DNA of 64,000 bases. Source: Squalus acanthias. Lineage: Eukaryota. Positions 50,861 to 62,425 of the stretch are shown piece after piece. The DNA lies in contig CM059439.1 of assembly GCA_030390025.1 (NCBI GenBank), positions 53,878,001 through 53,942,000 of the forward strand, given 5' to 3'. The first letter of the stretch is position 1, and each line of letters begins with the position of its first letter. The notes beneath the pieces were generated by a model. It ran no database searches and was not told where the DNA came from. It was given only the letters and a program-made list of their open reading frames with translations. Both the position numbers and the translations under genes were made by a program.

Positions 50861-52260
50861 AATAACAACAGAAAACGCTGGAAAAACTCAGCAGGCCAGG
50901 CAGCATCCGTGGAGAGAGAAACAGAGTTAATGCTTCAGGTCGAAGACCTTTCATCAGAACTGGAAAAAAGCAGGAAATGAAATAGATTTAAAGCAAGTAT
51001 AATGCTGGGAAAAGGGGGAGGGGATGAAAGAACAAAAGGGAAGGTCAGTGGTAGTATAGAAGGCAGGAGAGATTAAGAGACATTGAAAGACATTAAGAGA
51101 TATTCAAGGCGAGAGGAGGTGGTAATGTGACAGGTTGAGGCTAGATGAAGTGTGAAATGCGCTGGCGGAATGAAGGACAGCTGCCAGCTTCAGGGAGGGA
51201 AGAAAAAAAGGGGCCAAACAAAAGGGTGGATGAAAAAATAAAATATATGTATATGTGATAGGGGCCGTGGTTATGTTCTGAAATTGTTGAACTCTATGTT
51301 GAGTCCAGAGGGCTGTAGGGTGCCTAAACGAAAGATGAGGTGCAGTTCCTCGAGCTTACGCTGAGCTTCCATGGAACAATGCAAGAGGCCGAGGACAGTG
51401 AGGTCAGAGTGGGAGTGGAGTGGAGAATTAAAGTGACAGGCCACCGGGAGCTCGGGGTCCCCCTTACGGACTGAATGGAGGTGTTCCGCAAAGCGGTCAC
51501 CCAATCTGCGTTAGTTCTCCCCAATGTAGAGGAGACCACATCGTGAGCAGCGAATACAGTATACTAAATTGCAGGAAGTACACGTAAATCGCTGTTTCAC
51601 CTGGAAGGGGTGTTTGGGGCCTTGGACAGTGGGAAGGGGGGAGGTATAAGGGCATGCATAGCATCTCCTGCGCTTGCACGGGAAGGTGCCGGGCGAAGGG
51701 GAAGGGGTGCTGGGGGTGGTAGAGGAGTGGACTAGGGTGTCGCGGAGGGAGCGGTCCCTACGGAATGCTGAAAGGGGAGGTGAGGGGAAGATGTGTTTGG
51801 TGGTGGGATCACGCTGGAGGTGGCAGAAATGGCGGGTGATGATCCGTTGAATGTGGAGGCTGGTGGGGTGAAAGGTGAGGACAAGGGGAACTCTATCGTG
51901 GTTCCGGGAGGGAGGGGCAGGGGTGAGGGCAGAAGTGCGGGAGATAGAACAGACACGGTCGAGGGCCGTGTCAACCACAGTAGAGGGGAATCCTCGGTTG
52001 AGAAAAAAGGAAGACATGTCGGAAGCACTGGTATGGAAGGTGGCATCGTCAGAGCAGATGCGGCGGAGACGGAGAAACTGGGAGAATGGAATAGAGTCCT
52101 TACAGGAGGCGGGGTGGGAGGAAGTGTAGTCCAGGTAGCTGTAGGAGTCAGTGGGCTTGTAGTGAATGTTAGTAAATAACCTATCCCCAGAGATGGAGAC
52201 GGAGAAGTCGAGGAAGGGAAGGGAAGAGTCGGAGATGGACCATGTGAAGGTGAGGGAAGG
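50861..52260 (-). mobile_element. Penelope-like retroelement, 5'-truncated (RT C-terminus plus GIY-YIG endonuclease)
   Basis: FPCKRRRCYAC, NLVYCIRCSRCGLLYIGE, RFAEH, VACHF and LGTLQPSGLN; 8-bp TSD TTTTTAGA (50853-50860, 52261-52268). Confidence 0.93.
50924..50962 (-). ncRNA. Minimal hammerhead-ribozyme-like core in the Penelope tail (degenerate)
   Basis: agtt-CTGATGA-a-AGGTC-ttc-GACCT-GAAg-cattaact; the canonical GAAA reads GAAG. Confidence 0.65.
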
Positions 52261-53264
52261 TTTTTAGAGTTCGCCAACAGCTTCCCCGCTGCTAGGGGAT
52301 CACGTCAGGTAAGGAGGTCGGGTGTGGGTGTCAGCATGGGATGATTTATTAACTTGACAGCTGCAAATGGTCTATAAAAGCTCCCATTTGATAGGTGTTC
52401 ATTTTCCAAGGTTAGAAGGTTACTGCATTTGGAAGACAGATTGAGCTTTATGCAGCTAACAAGTGTTTGGAGCAAACTCTCTGTCCAGTGTCACCTCATT
52501 GGAACAACCTCTCTCACCATTGACAGGTCGCTTCTGTCATCTCAACCTCACCTGCCATCTATTCTATCAGCATTGGTGCCCTTGAAAGAATCTCACCTTG
52601 GTCCTCAGAATCCCACCACGATCAGCCCCAACACCAGCAGCACCAACACACCAGCGGCACCAACACCACCTACCTTCTCCGCAATCAACTGATGCTGCAC
52701 AGGACACAGGGCATCAGCACCCGACCACATTGCTGCCAAGGATGGCCTCACCACGGCCACATTTACTTCACCTGATGCTGCACACCCTGGCTGCCACATG
52801 ATGCGCCAGGTTGGCATCACCCCACACCAGCACCATAAAGCATGCCTACAGTGCCTAAACCATTCCTTTCACACTCACCACCATTGCGGGAGGATACCCT
52901 TATGTCTCACCATTCAATGCAACTCACTAAGTCACTTCCAAAGGTGCACATAAATCTGTCCAAGAACGCAAAGTGTTGAAAATAAAGATTTCAATGTTTG
53001 ACAACACATTAACAGAAACTTTACATAAACATTGGCGAAAATACCCAAGTGCCTACCCCTGTGTGTTGTTAGTTGGTATGCTTGCACTAGGATGAGGGTG
53101 AGTGTGAGGGGTGGCTAGTGAGATGGGGAAGTGATAATGTAGATAGAGAGGGATGGGTGGAAGTGCAAGGTAAGTTGGTGTGAGTAAGGATGTGCAGGAG
53201 TAGAGTAGGGAAGGCAGAATGATGGGGATGTGATGTGTGGCACAGCAGGATGAGGTTGAGTGTG

Positions 53265-53530
53265 GCTTTGCAGTAACATTTCGTGATCTACTGAGATCAT
53301 TGAAAGGTTTGCGCCACTGCAGCCTGGTCCTCCTGATGACATTCCTACTTGTGTCCCTGCTCGTGCAATGCGCAACCAGGCTGCGTTGGTCTCCTGGGGA
53401 GGTCTCTTCTGCCCATGGGAAGGGAAGAGAACCTCCCTGCGTGCTGTGACTCCCTCCATAAGCATATGGAGGGACTCAAGGGAGAGCCTGGGTGTAGCCG
53501 TGCACCTTTGTGCAGTGCTTGTCAGTGTTT
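53265..53530 (-). pseudogene. H4 Myb/SANT exon 1 relic
   Basis: PRLSLESLHMLMEGVTARREVLFP...AAWLRIA and, after a frameshift, RTRLQWRKPFNDL. Confidence 0.8.
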
Positions 53531-54537
53531 GCAGCACCTCAATGCTATAGAACACTGACAGCACAACTGTCAAAGTAAATTTGAACATGGCCCCTTTAAG
53601 AAAACTGGCTGATGACGCATCATCAAATGACGTCATCAGACCCGCTTCCTTTTAATTGGCCGGGAACCTCGCTAGGTGGGCTTAACATGCCCAATCATCA
53701 TAAAATCACTTCAACAGAGCGGGATGGAGCACGCAGCGGGCTGGGACCACGCTACCGACCCCGCCTCAGTAGGTGAAATCGCGTCCTACATTTCAAAAGT
53801 ACTTCATTGGCTGTAAGGCACTTTGGGATGTCCTGAGGTCATGAAAGGCGCTATATAAATGCAAGTCTTTGTTTCTTTTCGTTCTACGGCACCTATCAGA
53901 GAAAGAGCATTGCCAAAGGCTTGCAAACAAGTTACCTGCATACCTTCTCACATTTCATAAATATTTCTGTTCTCACGAGTCACATTAACAACGAAATGTG
54001 TTTATTATAAGTAGCCTGCAGACACTGTACCAGCTCTCAGTGCACTTAACCTCATAGGAGTGACAGAAATAAATTCAATCACAATTACCTTATTGTCTTC
54101 CATGCCCACTTTTCACTATGCAAACCATCAAAACAAGAAGCATTTGTCTGCCCTCACCCTTTTATTTTTCAGTGCAGTTGTACAACACAGCACCCTGATG
54201 GCTCAGTGTGTACAGGCACCATCTAGTACAGTACGGAGCTATACAGACCAGAAGATTCCAGGTTTGAGCCCCCAGTCTATGCTGTTAGCATCTGAAAAAC
54301 AAATATGCGTTATGTTTTAGATGGGACATTCAATAGTGAGGAAAGACCTATACGATATTTCCACTGTTGAGAGAACAATACAGCTCAATATTATGTCATG
54401 TGTTTGGCAAACAAACAAAATTTTCTGAATAAGGACGGTGCTCAAATTCTGAGAAGAGTCCCCAATGTCAACCTCTTTCTTTTCCAGACGCTAACTGACT
54501 TATTGTGCATTACCGTCAATTTTTTTATATATCCAAT

Positions 54538-54691
54538 GGAATAGAATTTCCACAGAGATTTTCCCAATCTCCCGCTGTAACCAGTGGGAACCCTGCAGAA
54601 ATGACACAAACGGCTATTTCCTCCATTTCTCCAGGATTTTCACCAAAGTTACAGCAAGAGATCGGGAGCACCCCCACAGAAATTCCAGATA
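54538..54691. mobile_element. Short palindromic MITE
   Basis: Inverted arms atctcccgctgtaac / gttacagcaagagat; gaatttcc / gaaattcc near the ends. Confidence 0.55.
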
Positions 54692-54831
54692 AATATACTT
54701 AAATGGTATAATCTATACTGGAAATTTAAAAAAAGATTTATTGGAACACAGAACTATCCTATTAAAATTACATTAATACAGAGTAATGCACTGTGTCATA
54801 GTGCAGCAAATATGCATCATTCTTTAGGTTT

Positions 54832-54903
54832 TCCTCGTTGGTATAGTGGTGAGTTATCCTATCAGCCATACTGTAGCCTGGGGTTTGGTTACCTGACAAG
54901 GAA
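54832..54903 (+). pseudogene. tRNA-Asp-like relic
   Basis: TCCTCGTTGGTATAGTGGTGAGT matches the 5' part of vertebrate tRNA-Asp; anticodon and T arms are degenerate. Confidence 0.65.
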
Positions 54904-55514
54904 ATCACAATAGTCCCAAACATCCAAAAAAGTGATTGAGCTGGCCCAATGCGCAGGCTTGTTTGCACCTGCATCGCAGAGGACTGACCTGGCTTAATTT
55001 TCTAATAGGTTACAGATGTTGGAAAAGCTTCCTCAGTGAACCTAATCTGTAGCACACTTGGCTGGTGAGTGCAAATCCCCTCATATCTGGCTGTAAATGA
55101 GGAAGAAGTGTTCTGGTATCAGGAGGAAGGTGGTGGTAAGTGTGCTCTTTTACTGTTGCACGCCCCTTCAGTATTTCTTCTACTTCTAAAAATACATCCA
55201 CTGTTCAGTGCTATTTACTGATGGCATCCTGGCTGCTCCTGAGCATCCATCATTGATGTGCATACTGATATTTCTGTGGCCAGAAATCATATGAATATTA
55301 ATTGCAAATCCTTTCTTTGAATACAAGTCATAGCGTTGATATATGAGTAACCTTGATGTCACCATGGCTGTTATCTGTGACACCTTGCACTTGAGGGAAG
55401 CCTACCAATTGGTGAAAGCTCTGTGTCCTGTCCAGCTGATACCTTATTTTCACAGGGAAAGCGATGAAGCTGTTGCCCCTTGCAAACACAGTAACTGGCA
55501 CCTGGTGTGAACTG

Positions 55515-56503
55515 TAACTTTCAAAAGGGAAATGAATAAATACTTAAAGGGGAAACATTAGCAGGGCTATGGGGAAAGGGCAGGGGAGTCATAGAGTCAT
55601 AATGGCACAGAAGGAGGCCATTTGGCCCATCGAGTCCATGCTGGCTCTCTGTAGAGCAATCCAGTCAGTCCCATTCCCCCGCTCTATCCCCGTAGCCCTG
55701 CAAGTTTATTTCCCTCAAGTGCTTATCCAGTCTCCCCTTGAAAACATTGAGTGTCTCCGCTTCCACCACTTAAACATAGAAACATAGAAACATAGAATCT
55801 AGGAGCAGGAGTAGGCCATTCGGCCCGTCGAGCCTGCTCCACCATTCAATACGATCATGGCTGATCATCCAAATCCAGTACCCTGTCCCTGCTTTTTTAA
55901 TCCCCACAGTACACAAATCCCACCCTACCCCCGTAACCCCACGTATTTAATTCCCCCTAACATATCCCATCACCCCACATATTTAATCCCCCCCTAACAC
56001 TAAGGGTCAATTTATCATAGCCAAATCAACCTAACCCGCACATTTTTTTTGGACTGTGGGAGGAAACCGGAGCACCCGGAGGAAACCCACGCAGACACGG
56101 GGAGAATGTGCAAACTCCACACAGACAGTCACCCGAGGTCAGATTCGAACCCGGGTCCCTGGCGCTGTGAGGCACCAGTGCTAACCACTATGCCACCGTG
56201 TTGCCCTCCGTCGGCAGCGAATTCCAGGTCATCACCAATCGCAGTGTAAAATTTTTTTCTTCACGTCCCCCGTGTATCTCTTGCCCAAAACCTTAAATCT
56301 GTGTCCCCAAGTCCTTGTACCATCAACTAGTGGGAACAGCCTTTCCCCATCTAACCTATCCAAACCCGTCATAATCTTGTACACCTCTATCAAATCACCC
56401 CTCAACCTCCTTTGCTCTAATGAAAATTAATTGGACAGCTCTGTCAAGAAGCTATCACAGGGACGATGGGTGTTCTGCGCTGTATCATTCTATGATTCTA
56501 TGA
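55515..56503. mobile_element. Nested CR1 3' fragments: (+) copy 55515-55588 and 56425-56503 split by a (-) copy 55589-56420
   Basis: The outer copy ends attctatgattctatg; the inner copy starts catagagtcata. Confidence 0.8.
55772..56206 (-). mobile_element. V-SINE (HE1-like) with CR1-derived tail
   Basis: tRNA head tggcatagtgg / ggttcgaatc; V domain tgtgtggagtttgcacattctccccgtgtctgcgtgggtttcctccgggtgctccggtttcctcccaca; (TTCTATGT)n tail. Confidence 0.92.
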
Positions 56504-57906
56504 TATGTTGCTGGTGTGGCTTGTCGCTGCAGTGGCTTGGACAAGTAGCACCCGATAAACTTCATGCTGTGATAACCTTCACTTCTACAAGAAGCAATGT
56601 CGCTGTTGCAGATGCTGCCTACAAGTTATGCCACAGTAGAGGGGGTAAATGTGGGACAACTTTTCTTGTGAAGCGGAGGCGGCAAAGATAGGTCTCTTCT
56701 GATATAGCTAGGTACATGTGGAGACACTGATAATTGTGGAACGCAGGTAACGATGGGTGCAGACAGAATACTTCAAGTGATTGCATCTGCAATTGGTGAC
56801 TCGTATGACTTCCTTTTCCTTATCTGAAGTATCCAGCACTTTCAGAACCCAGCAAGGAACACCCATAGTGAGTAGCTTGTACAGTACCATTTAAATGTCC
56901 ACAACAACTGAGAATACCTGGCAACAAAATCCCCCAAAATGGCAGAGTTCCTAGCCAAAACAACTAACGTATTGAGCGAAATACAGCAACATTGAACAGG
57001 AAATTAAAAAAAAAACTTTTCCAATGAACATAACCTACAAGAGGCCTATTTGAGCAGGCCAAGCCCCAGGATACTTGATGCATGCATCTAAAATGGGTTA
57101 GCAGCTCGCCATGAGCAGTTCCTTGCCCACAGTCAGGAATTCAACCGAATGACTCAATTTTTCACAGTACCCAATGTCATGCAAAGGGAACGACCTCTCA
57201 CATCTAGAGGCCGTGCTAAAAGTGTGCGTGGGCGTCATTATAGCTTGCAAATCCATGCAAAGTAACATAAATAGGTTCCACAATGTATTCCCTGTGTTTC
57301 CTTGCCTGTCAACTCTTTGTGTGCTGCTCACCCATTTAAAATATAAGCTGCTTCCATGCTGTTCACTACAGAACGTCCATTCTTAAAGCTGGCACCGACT
57401 GTTTTTTGGAAAGTTGTTTTCTTGCTGCTTTTTTGATTTGCCAAACTGCTGTTTCTGTTTATTGCTTCTACCATCAATTTTTTTCTGCTGTTTGCTATTG
57501 ACAATTAGCAATGCAGGATTCCTTTTGCACAAACCTCCAGCATTGTCACCAGCTCCATTGGGCTTTTTAATGAATTAAATACACACATCACAAAATATAT
57601 GAGAAGACCAGCTTACATATTGGGCTGTGGATGACTGAAGAAACTCAAAGGTCACCAAACACTTGTTTGGTTGATTTTAATCAACAATTGCTTACACTGT
57701 CCATAGATAGAGAAATGCAACCAGGGAAGGGGCACATTCACAGAAAATCCTCAGTTTACTTGAGCAGGAGGTGCTGGAAATCAGACAGATGAAGCTGCGG
57801 GAGATAGTGAGGTTGGAGCCAAGTTTCTAGTCCACGACTTCTACTAGGTGGAAGTAGGGGACTAGAAGCTTGGGCAAGTACATTAGCTGCACAAAGGATA
57901 GACATG

Positions 57907-58130
57907 GGCCTAGAAACTGGATCGCACCCTAATCGGGGTACGAGCCAGGGGCAGCGCACACTGCATGACTTCTAGTGAGGTCGGCGGCAGGATCACGCCA
58001 AATAGATCCACCAGCCTCATTAGGACAGGCCGAGCTGCGGGCACCGTTCGCGGCCCCGGAGGCAGCTGGCTGGTTGTGGGAGGGGCAGCAATCAGGGAAG
58101 GCTATCAATTGTGCAGCCTTCCTGAATAGA
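57907..58130 (+). mobile_element. Harbinger-type left end (H2-like TIR)
   Basis: GGCCTAGAAACT followed by GC-rich sequence; no partner end. Confidence 0.5.
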
Positions 58131-58424
58131 ACATCTGTGATTTTCTTGATGCAATGGTGAGCTGCTGCTTGACTAACGTGACAGAGGTCACCAGATGCTG
58201 CCTGGAAGGATCTAGTCAGGCCAACTCCACAGTAGATTAATTAACACCTAGTTAGTGACTAATGATCGCCTGCCAATTCACTATTTGCACAAATTTATAT
58301 TTAAACTCACAAAAACTAAAAAGTTCTGAACTACTGACTCCAACTCACCACTGAATTCCCATTCTAACAAAATTCCTGTTATGGAAGCACTGTTTTCACT
58401 CTGTCCACACCTCCATTAAATAAA

Positions 58425-58860
58425 AGACTTGCATTTATATATCACATTTCATGACCTCAGGATGTCCCAAAGTGCTTTACAGCCAATGAAGTACTTTTGA
58501 AGTGTTATCACTGCTGTAATGTAGGAACGCGACAGCCAATTTGCACACAGCAAGGTCCCACAAACAGCAATAAGATTATGACCAGATAATCTGTTTTGTG
58601 ATGTTGATTGAAGAATAAATATAGGCCAGGACTCAAGGGATAACTGCCCTGCTCTTCTTCGAAATAGTGCCATGGGATCTTTTATATCAAGATGGTTTAA
58701 CATCTCACCTGAAAGACCCCACCTGCAGCAGCGCAGCACTCCCTCAGTACTGGCACTGGGAGTGTCAGTCTAGATTTTTGTGCTCAAGTCTCTGGCATGG
58801 GACTTGAACCCACAACCTTCTGATTCAGAGGTGAGAGTACTACCAACTGAGCCACAGCTG
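58425..58860 (-). mobile_element. DeuSINE/SacSINE1-like, near full length
   Basis: tRNA head tggctcagttgg / gggttcaagtccc, Deu core and L2-like tail. Confidence 0.88.
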
Positions 58861-59035
58861 ACAGGGCTAACAACTCACTCAGTGGACTGCTCACTAATTG
58901 AACTCCGCTGAAACTTACAAAGCTCCCTGTTCAAACAGCAATTAAATTCTGAGTGACTGAAGCTTATGCTTACTATTAAACAACAAAGTGATTTTGTTAC
59001 ATTAATGGGGCACAGCGCCACTTTAACAGAATAAT

Positions 59036-59748
59036 GGCCTGAAAATTGCTGGACAAATAACAGTGAGTTCACGACGCCCGCCATTATTAGTGCGTAAAAA
59101 CCCCCAGCAATTTGTGGCAACAAAGAGATATGCCATGAATTACGATTCGCCACAAATTGCTGGATGATTTGTGCCACTTCACTGTTGGCCTCGCAAAAAC
59201 GAGAGACCACCAGCAACCTCCCCGTGAGGGTCAAGAAATTGCTGGATGTGCGCCATAAGTACGAATGAATCTCGCTGCAGACATTTAGGGCTGGCATTTT
59301 ATGTCATAAGGACCCGGTTATCAGCCTTGGAGGTCCAGAAAGGGAACAATTGAAACCGTGGAGTCTCACTCCTACAGGTAGTAAATTACTCATAGAAGTT
59401 TTTAAAGTTTAAAATTTAATTTTTTTTGTATTTTTCCTTTTTGTCTCTTTTCTCTCTTTTAATCCAATCTTTCTTTCTCTTTATTTTTCTTTCCATCTCA
59501 AATTTGACTCTAATTCATCCTATTTCATTTTCTGTTCACTCTGTTTCTTTTTTTATCCTTAAATTTCATTGGTTAAGGAGATAGACCATTGGACTGGACA
59601 TTCAGGAGGCCCCAGATACCTCGTTGACATTGTCGCTCCATTATCAATTCGCATTTGCGGCGCAAAAATATGACTGGAAAGGTGAGAAAAAAAAAATCAA
59701 ATTCACAGTGTTCGCTGGGAGATGCACAGATCCAGCAATTTCTGGGCT
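59036..59748 (+). mobile_element. Harbinger-type MITE (related to 17070 and 22808)
   Basis: TIRs GGCCTGAAAATTGCTGG / AGCCCAGAAATTGCTGG; flanks AAT / ATT. Confidence 0.8.
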
Positions 59749-59763
59749 ATTATATCGTACATT

Positions 59764-60115
59764 TCATAGAATCATAGCATGGTTATAGCACAGAACGAGG
59801 CCATTCAGCCTGTCGAGCCTGTGCCGGCTCTCTGCAAAAGCACTTCAGCTAGTCCCACTCCACCGCCCTTTCCCCGTCGCCCTGCAAATTTTTTTCCTTC
59901 AGGTACTTATCCAATTCCATTTTGAAAGCCATGATTGAATCTGCCTCCACCACCCTTTAAGGCAGTGCATTCCAGAGCATAACCACTCGCTGCATAAAAA
60001 AGTTTTTCGTCATGTCACCTTTAGCTCTTCTGCCAGTCTCTTAAATCTGTGTCCTCTGGTTCTCGACTCTTCTGCCAATGGGAACAGTTTCTCTCTATCT
60101 ACTCTGTCTAGACTC
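59764..60115 (-). mobile_element. CR1 3' fragment
   Basis: Reverse complement of the 1930-2159 type; tcatagaatcatag tail. Confidence 0.88.
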
Positions 60116-60168
60116 CACAGAGGCAGAGAGCTGCATCCAGATTCTCCGAAGATTCCCTCCATATGCTT

Positions 60169-60490
60169 GAAAATGGCCGCCCGGCACCTCGCCTTTAATT
60201 AGCGCCGCCCTGTCAGCAGGTAGGTCCCCCTGACCCCGTCGGACATAGCGTCCGGCGGTAAGTCAGGGGGCGCTACCGAAGATCACAGCCGGGGTGCGAG
60301 CGGGGCGCTGCGCACAGCAATGACGTCATCGCCGGCGGCGGGGTGCAAACGGTTACCGCCACCGCTAACATCCTGCTGAATTCCGCGGGAGGCGTTGGCG
60401 GTGCCACGCCCGGGCGCTAGTTGCTTTGCGCCCCGTTAGCGCCCTCTTAGGGCGCTAACGGGAGGCGCAAAGCAACCAAATTTTTCCCTC
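60169..60490 (+). mobile_element. Non-autonomous Harbinger, right portion (H1-like terminus)
   Basis: ttagcgccctcttagggcgctaacgggaggcgcaa...aaatttttccctc matches H1 13560-13613. Confidence 0.88.
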
Positions 60491-60699
60491 TATATGTCTT
60501 ACAAATGCAGTAACCAACAGTGTCTGAGCTCTAAAACTGAACAGCTGCAACATGGTATCCTTTATACCACTTCTGCAGCTTTCAGGTTATCAGATACATC
60601 AAAGCAGACTCAACTCACGACAGGGTGAGCTGGCATGTTCCCTGAGCAGTGGTAACCCGTAGGGGAGCACGTAAAATTACAAGGTAGGTTCAAAATAGC

Positions 60700-60911
60700 A
60701 TTAAATTGGCTGTTACCAAGCCATTTAATTATCTAAATTGTCTCCCCCGCTGCTTGGTGTCGGGTCAGTTCTGTGCAGACAGACCCAACACCTGGGAGAC
60801 TTGCGTGGAGGCGGGTTGACAGCGGGTTTACTACCCGCTGTCAATCTTTGCTATTTTGACAGCAGACCTGCCTCCAAACCTGCCCTCTGAGCACCGGCAA
60901 AATTCAGCCCC
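60700..60911 (-). mobile_element. Harbinger terminal fragment (H4 family)
   Basis: The reverse complement aligns with 50620-50820, including the hairpin ttgacagcgggt...acccgctgtcaa. Confidence 0.82.
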
Positions 60912-61982
60912 AAGTGTGTGTGCAATTCCCTGTATACTACATTCTGAGTGTGTACAGTGTGCACATTTTCCCAGCATGCATCAGTACGATTCTTTTGGAG
61001 TACAACTTGAAGCATATCTTTCCCCATGGCGTAATAATGGTTAGAAGCTTGTTTCTCAAATGATTTAGAAAACAAGCGGGCAGATGATTTTTTAGGTAAA
61101 TGTTCATATTTAAACTATTATCAGTTACTTAAATTATACTTCAGAGCTAAAGTCAACTTCATAGACAGAGTAGGAAGCACACACAGTAGATAATTACAGC
61201 ATCTATGCTAGCTTTTATTTATATGAATAATTCAAAGAGAATAATTTTTTTTACAGAAAATGTATTTATTTTTTCAGTGTAAATGGGCAAAGCATGTGTT
61301 TGCTCAGGCTATGATAGTTTTTAAATTTGTTTTTCCAAATAATTTGAAAGCAATCTGGAAGATGATTTGATGAAGCTTTCTGAGTAAAAGATTCAATTGA
61401 AATGATTGTAACTGTTTATTTTTTTATGTCAGAGCTACAGAGCTAGAGAGTGTCAGAAAGAAAACAAAGCACCTATGCTTTATATACCGAGAATTTAAAG
61501 ATAATCATTGCTTCCGCAAAGATTGAATTATGTTGCAGTGTTACCTTTCATTTGCCCAGCTGTAGTGGGTAAGGGGAACACTAATTATTAATTTTACAGG
61601 AACTAAGAATAAACTACTTGCTTCACTGTCTTAGGCACTTCTTTTGAAATTCTTTCACTGGAGATGGCCAGTTTACCTTCAATTCGGTATCCCTACACAC
61701 CCTTTGCAACACCATAACCTCTGACTCACCATGAGCAACGCCACAGGAGAGCTAGTAATTATACACTTAAACAGTACAATAGTGTACATTTCTTGTCGAT
61801 CATGTTACAATTCCTGTTTCACACATTGCACATCATACTTCAATCTCACACATTTTGATTGTCTTAAATGTCATAGTCATAAAAGTTCAACAAATCACAT
61901 TTCAGGACGCAGGCAATGTATGAATCAAAACTAATAAGCATATATGAAAGCAACAAATCAAAGATGAGCAGCAATAAATGTC

Positions 61983-62425
61983 AGCCTTGGCTCAATGGTA
62001 GCACTTTCATCGTGGAGTTAGAAGGTGGTGGGTTCAAGCCCCACTGCAGAGACTTTAGTACATAATCTAGGCTGACACACAAGTGCAGTACTAAAGGAGT
62101 GCTACACATACAGCATGCTGTCTTTTGAATGAGACGTTAAACAAAGACCCCATCTGCCCTCTCAGGTCAATGTAAAATACCCCATGGCACTATTTGATAA
62201 AGAACAGGGGAATTCCCCTGGTGTCCTGGCGAATATTTATTCCTTGAACAACATCACTAAACCCATTTAATTGATCATTTATCTCATTGCTGTTTGTGGG
62301 ACATTACAGTGTGCAAATTGGCTGCCACATTTCCCTACATTACAACAGTGACTGCATTTCAAAAGTATTTCATTCCCTGTGAAAAGTCATAAAAGGCGCT
62401 ATATAAATGCAAGTACTTTCTTTTT
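61983..62425 (+). mobile_element. DeuSINE/SacSINE1-like, full length
   Basis: A box tggctcaatgg, B box gggttcaagccc, Deu core and tail ggcgctatataaatgcaagt. Confidence 0.88.

Larger units (their letters stand above)
50620..53786. mobile_element. Internally deleted Harbinger H4 inserted in a SINE tail
   Basis: TIRs GGCCGGAATTTTACC / GGACGCGATTTCACC; TSD TAC; host reads aacagtgactac|atttcaaaagtacttcattgg; transposase N-terminal relic (~52570-52830, +) resembles H3. Confidence 0.85.

Noticed and set aside
54832-54903. Functional tRNA gene
   Set aside because: Anticodon stem and B box are degenerate
56520-57560. Possible old LINE or host coding sequence
   Set aside because: Only short ORFs with vague motifs (GDF-like); not assignable
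61700-61760. Micro-exon on the minus strand (ggtgagt donor)
   Set aside because: Weak acceptor and no partner exons; expected by chance
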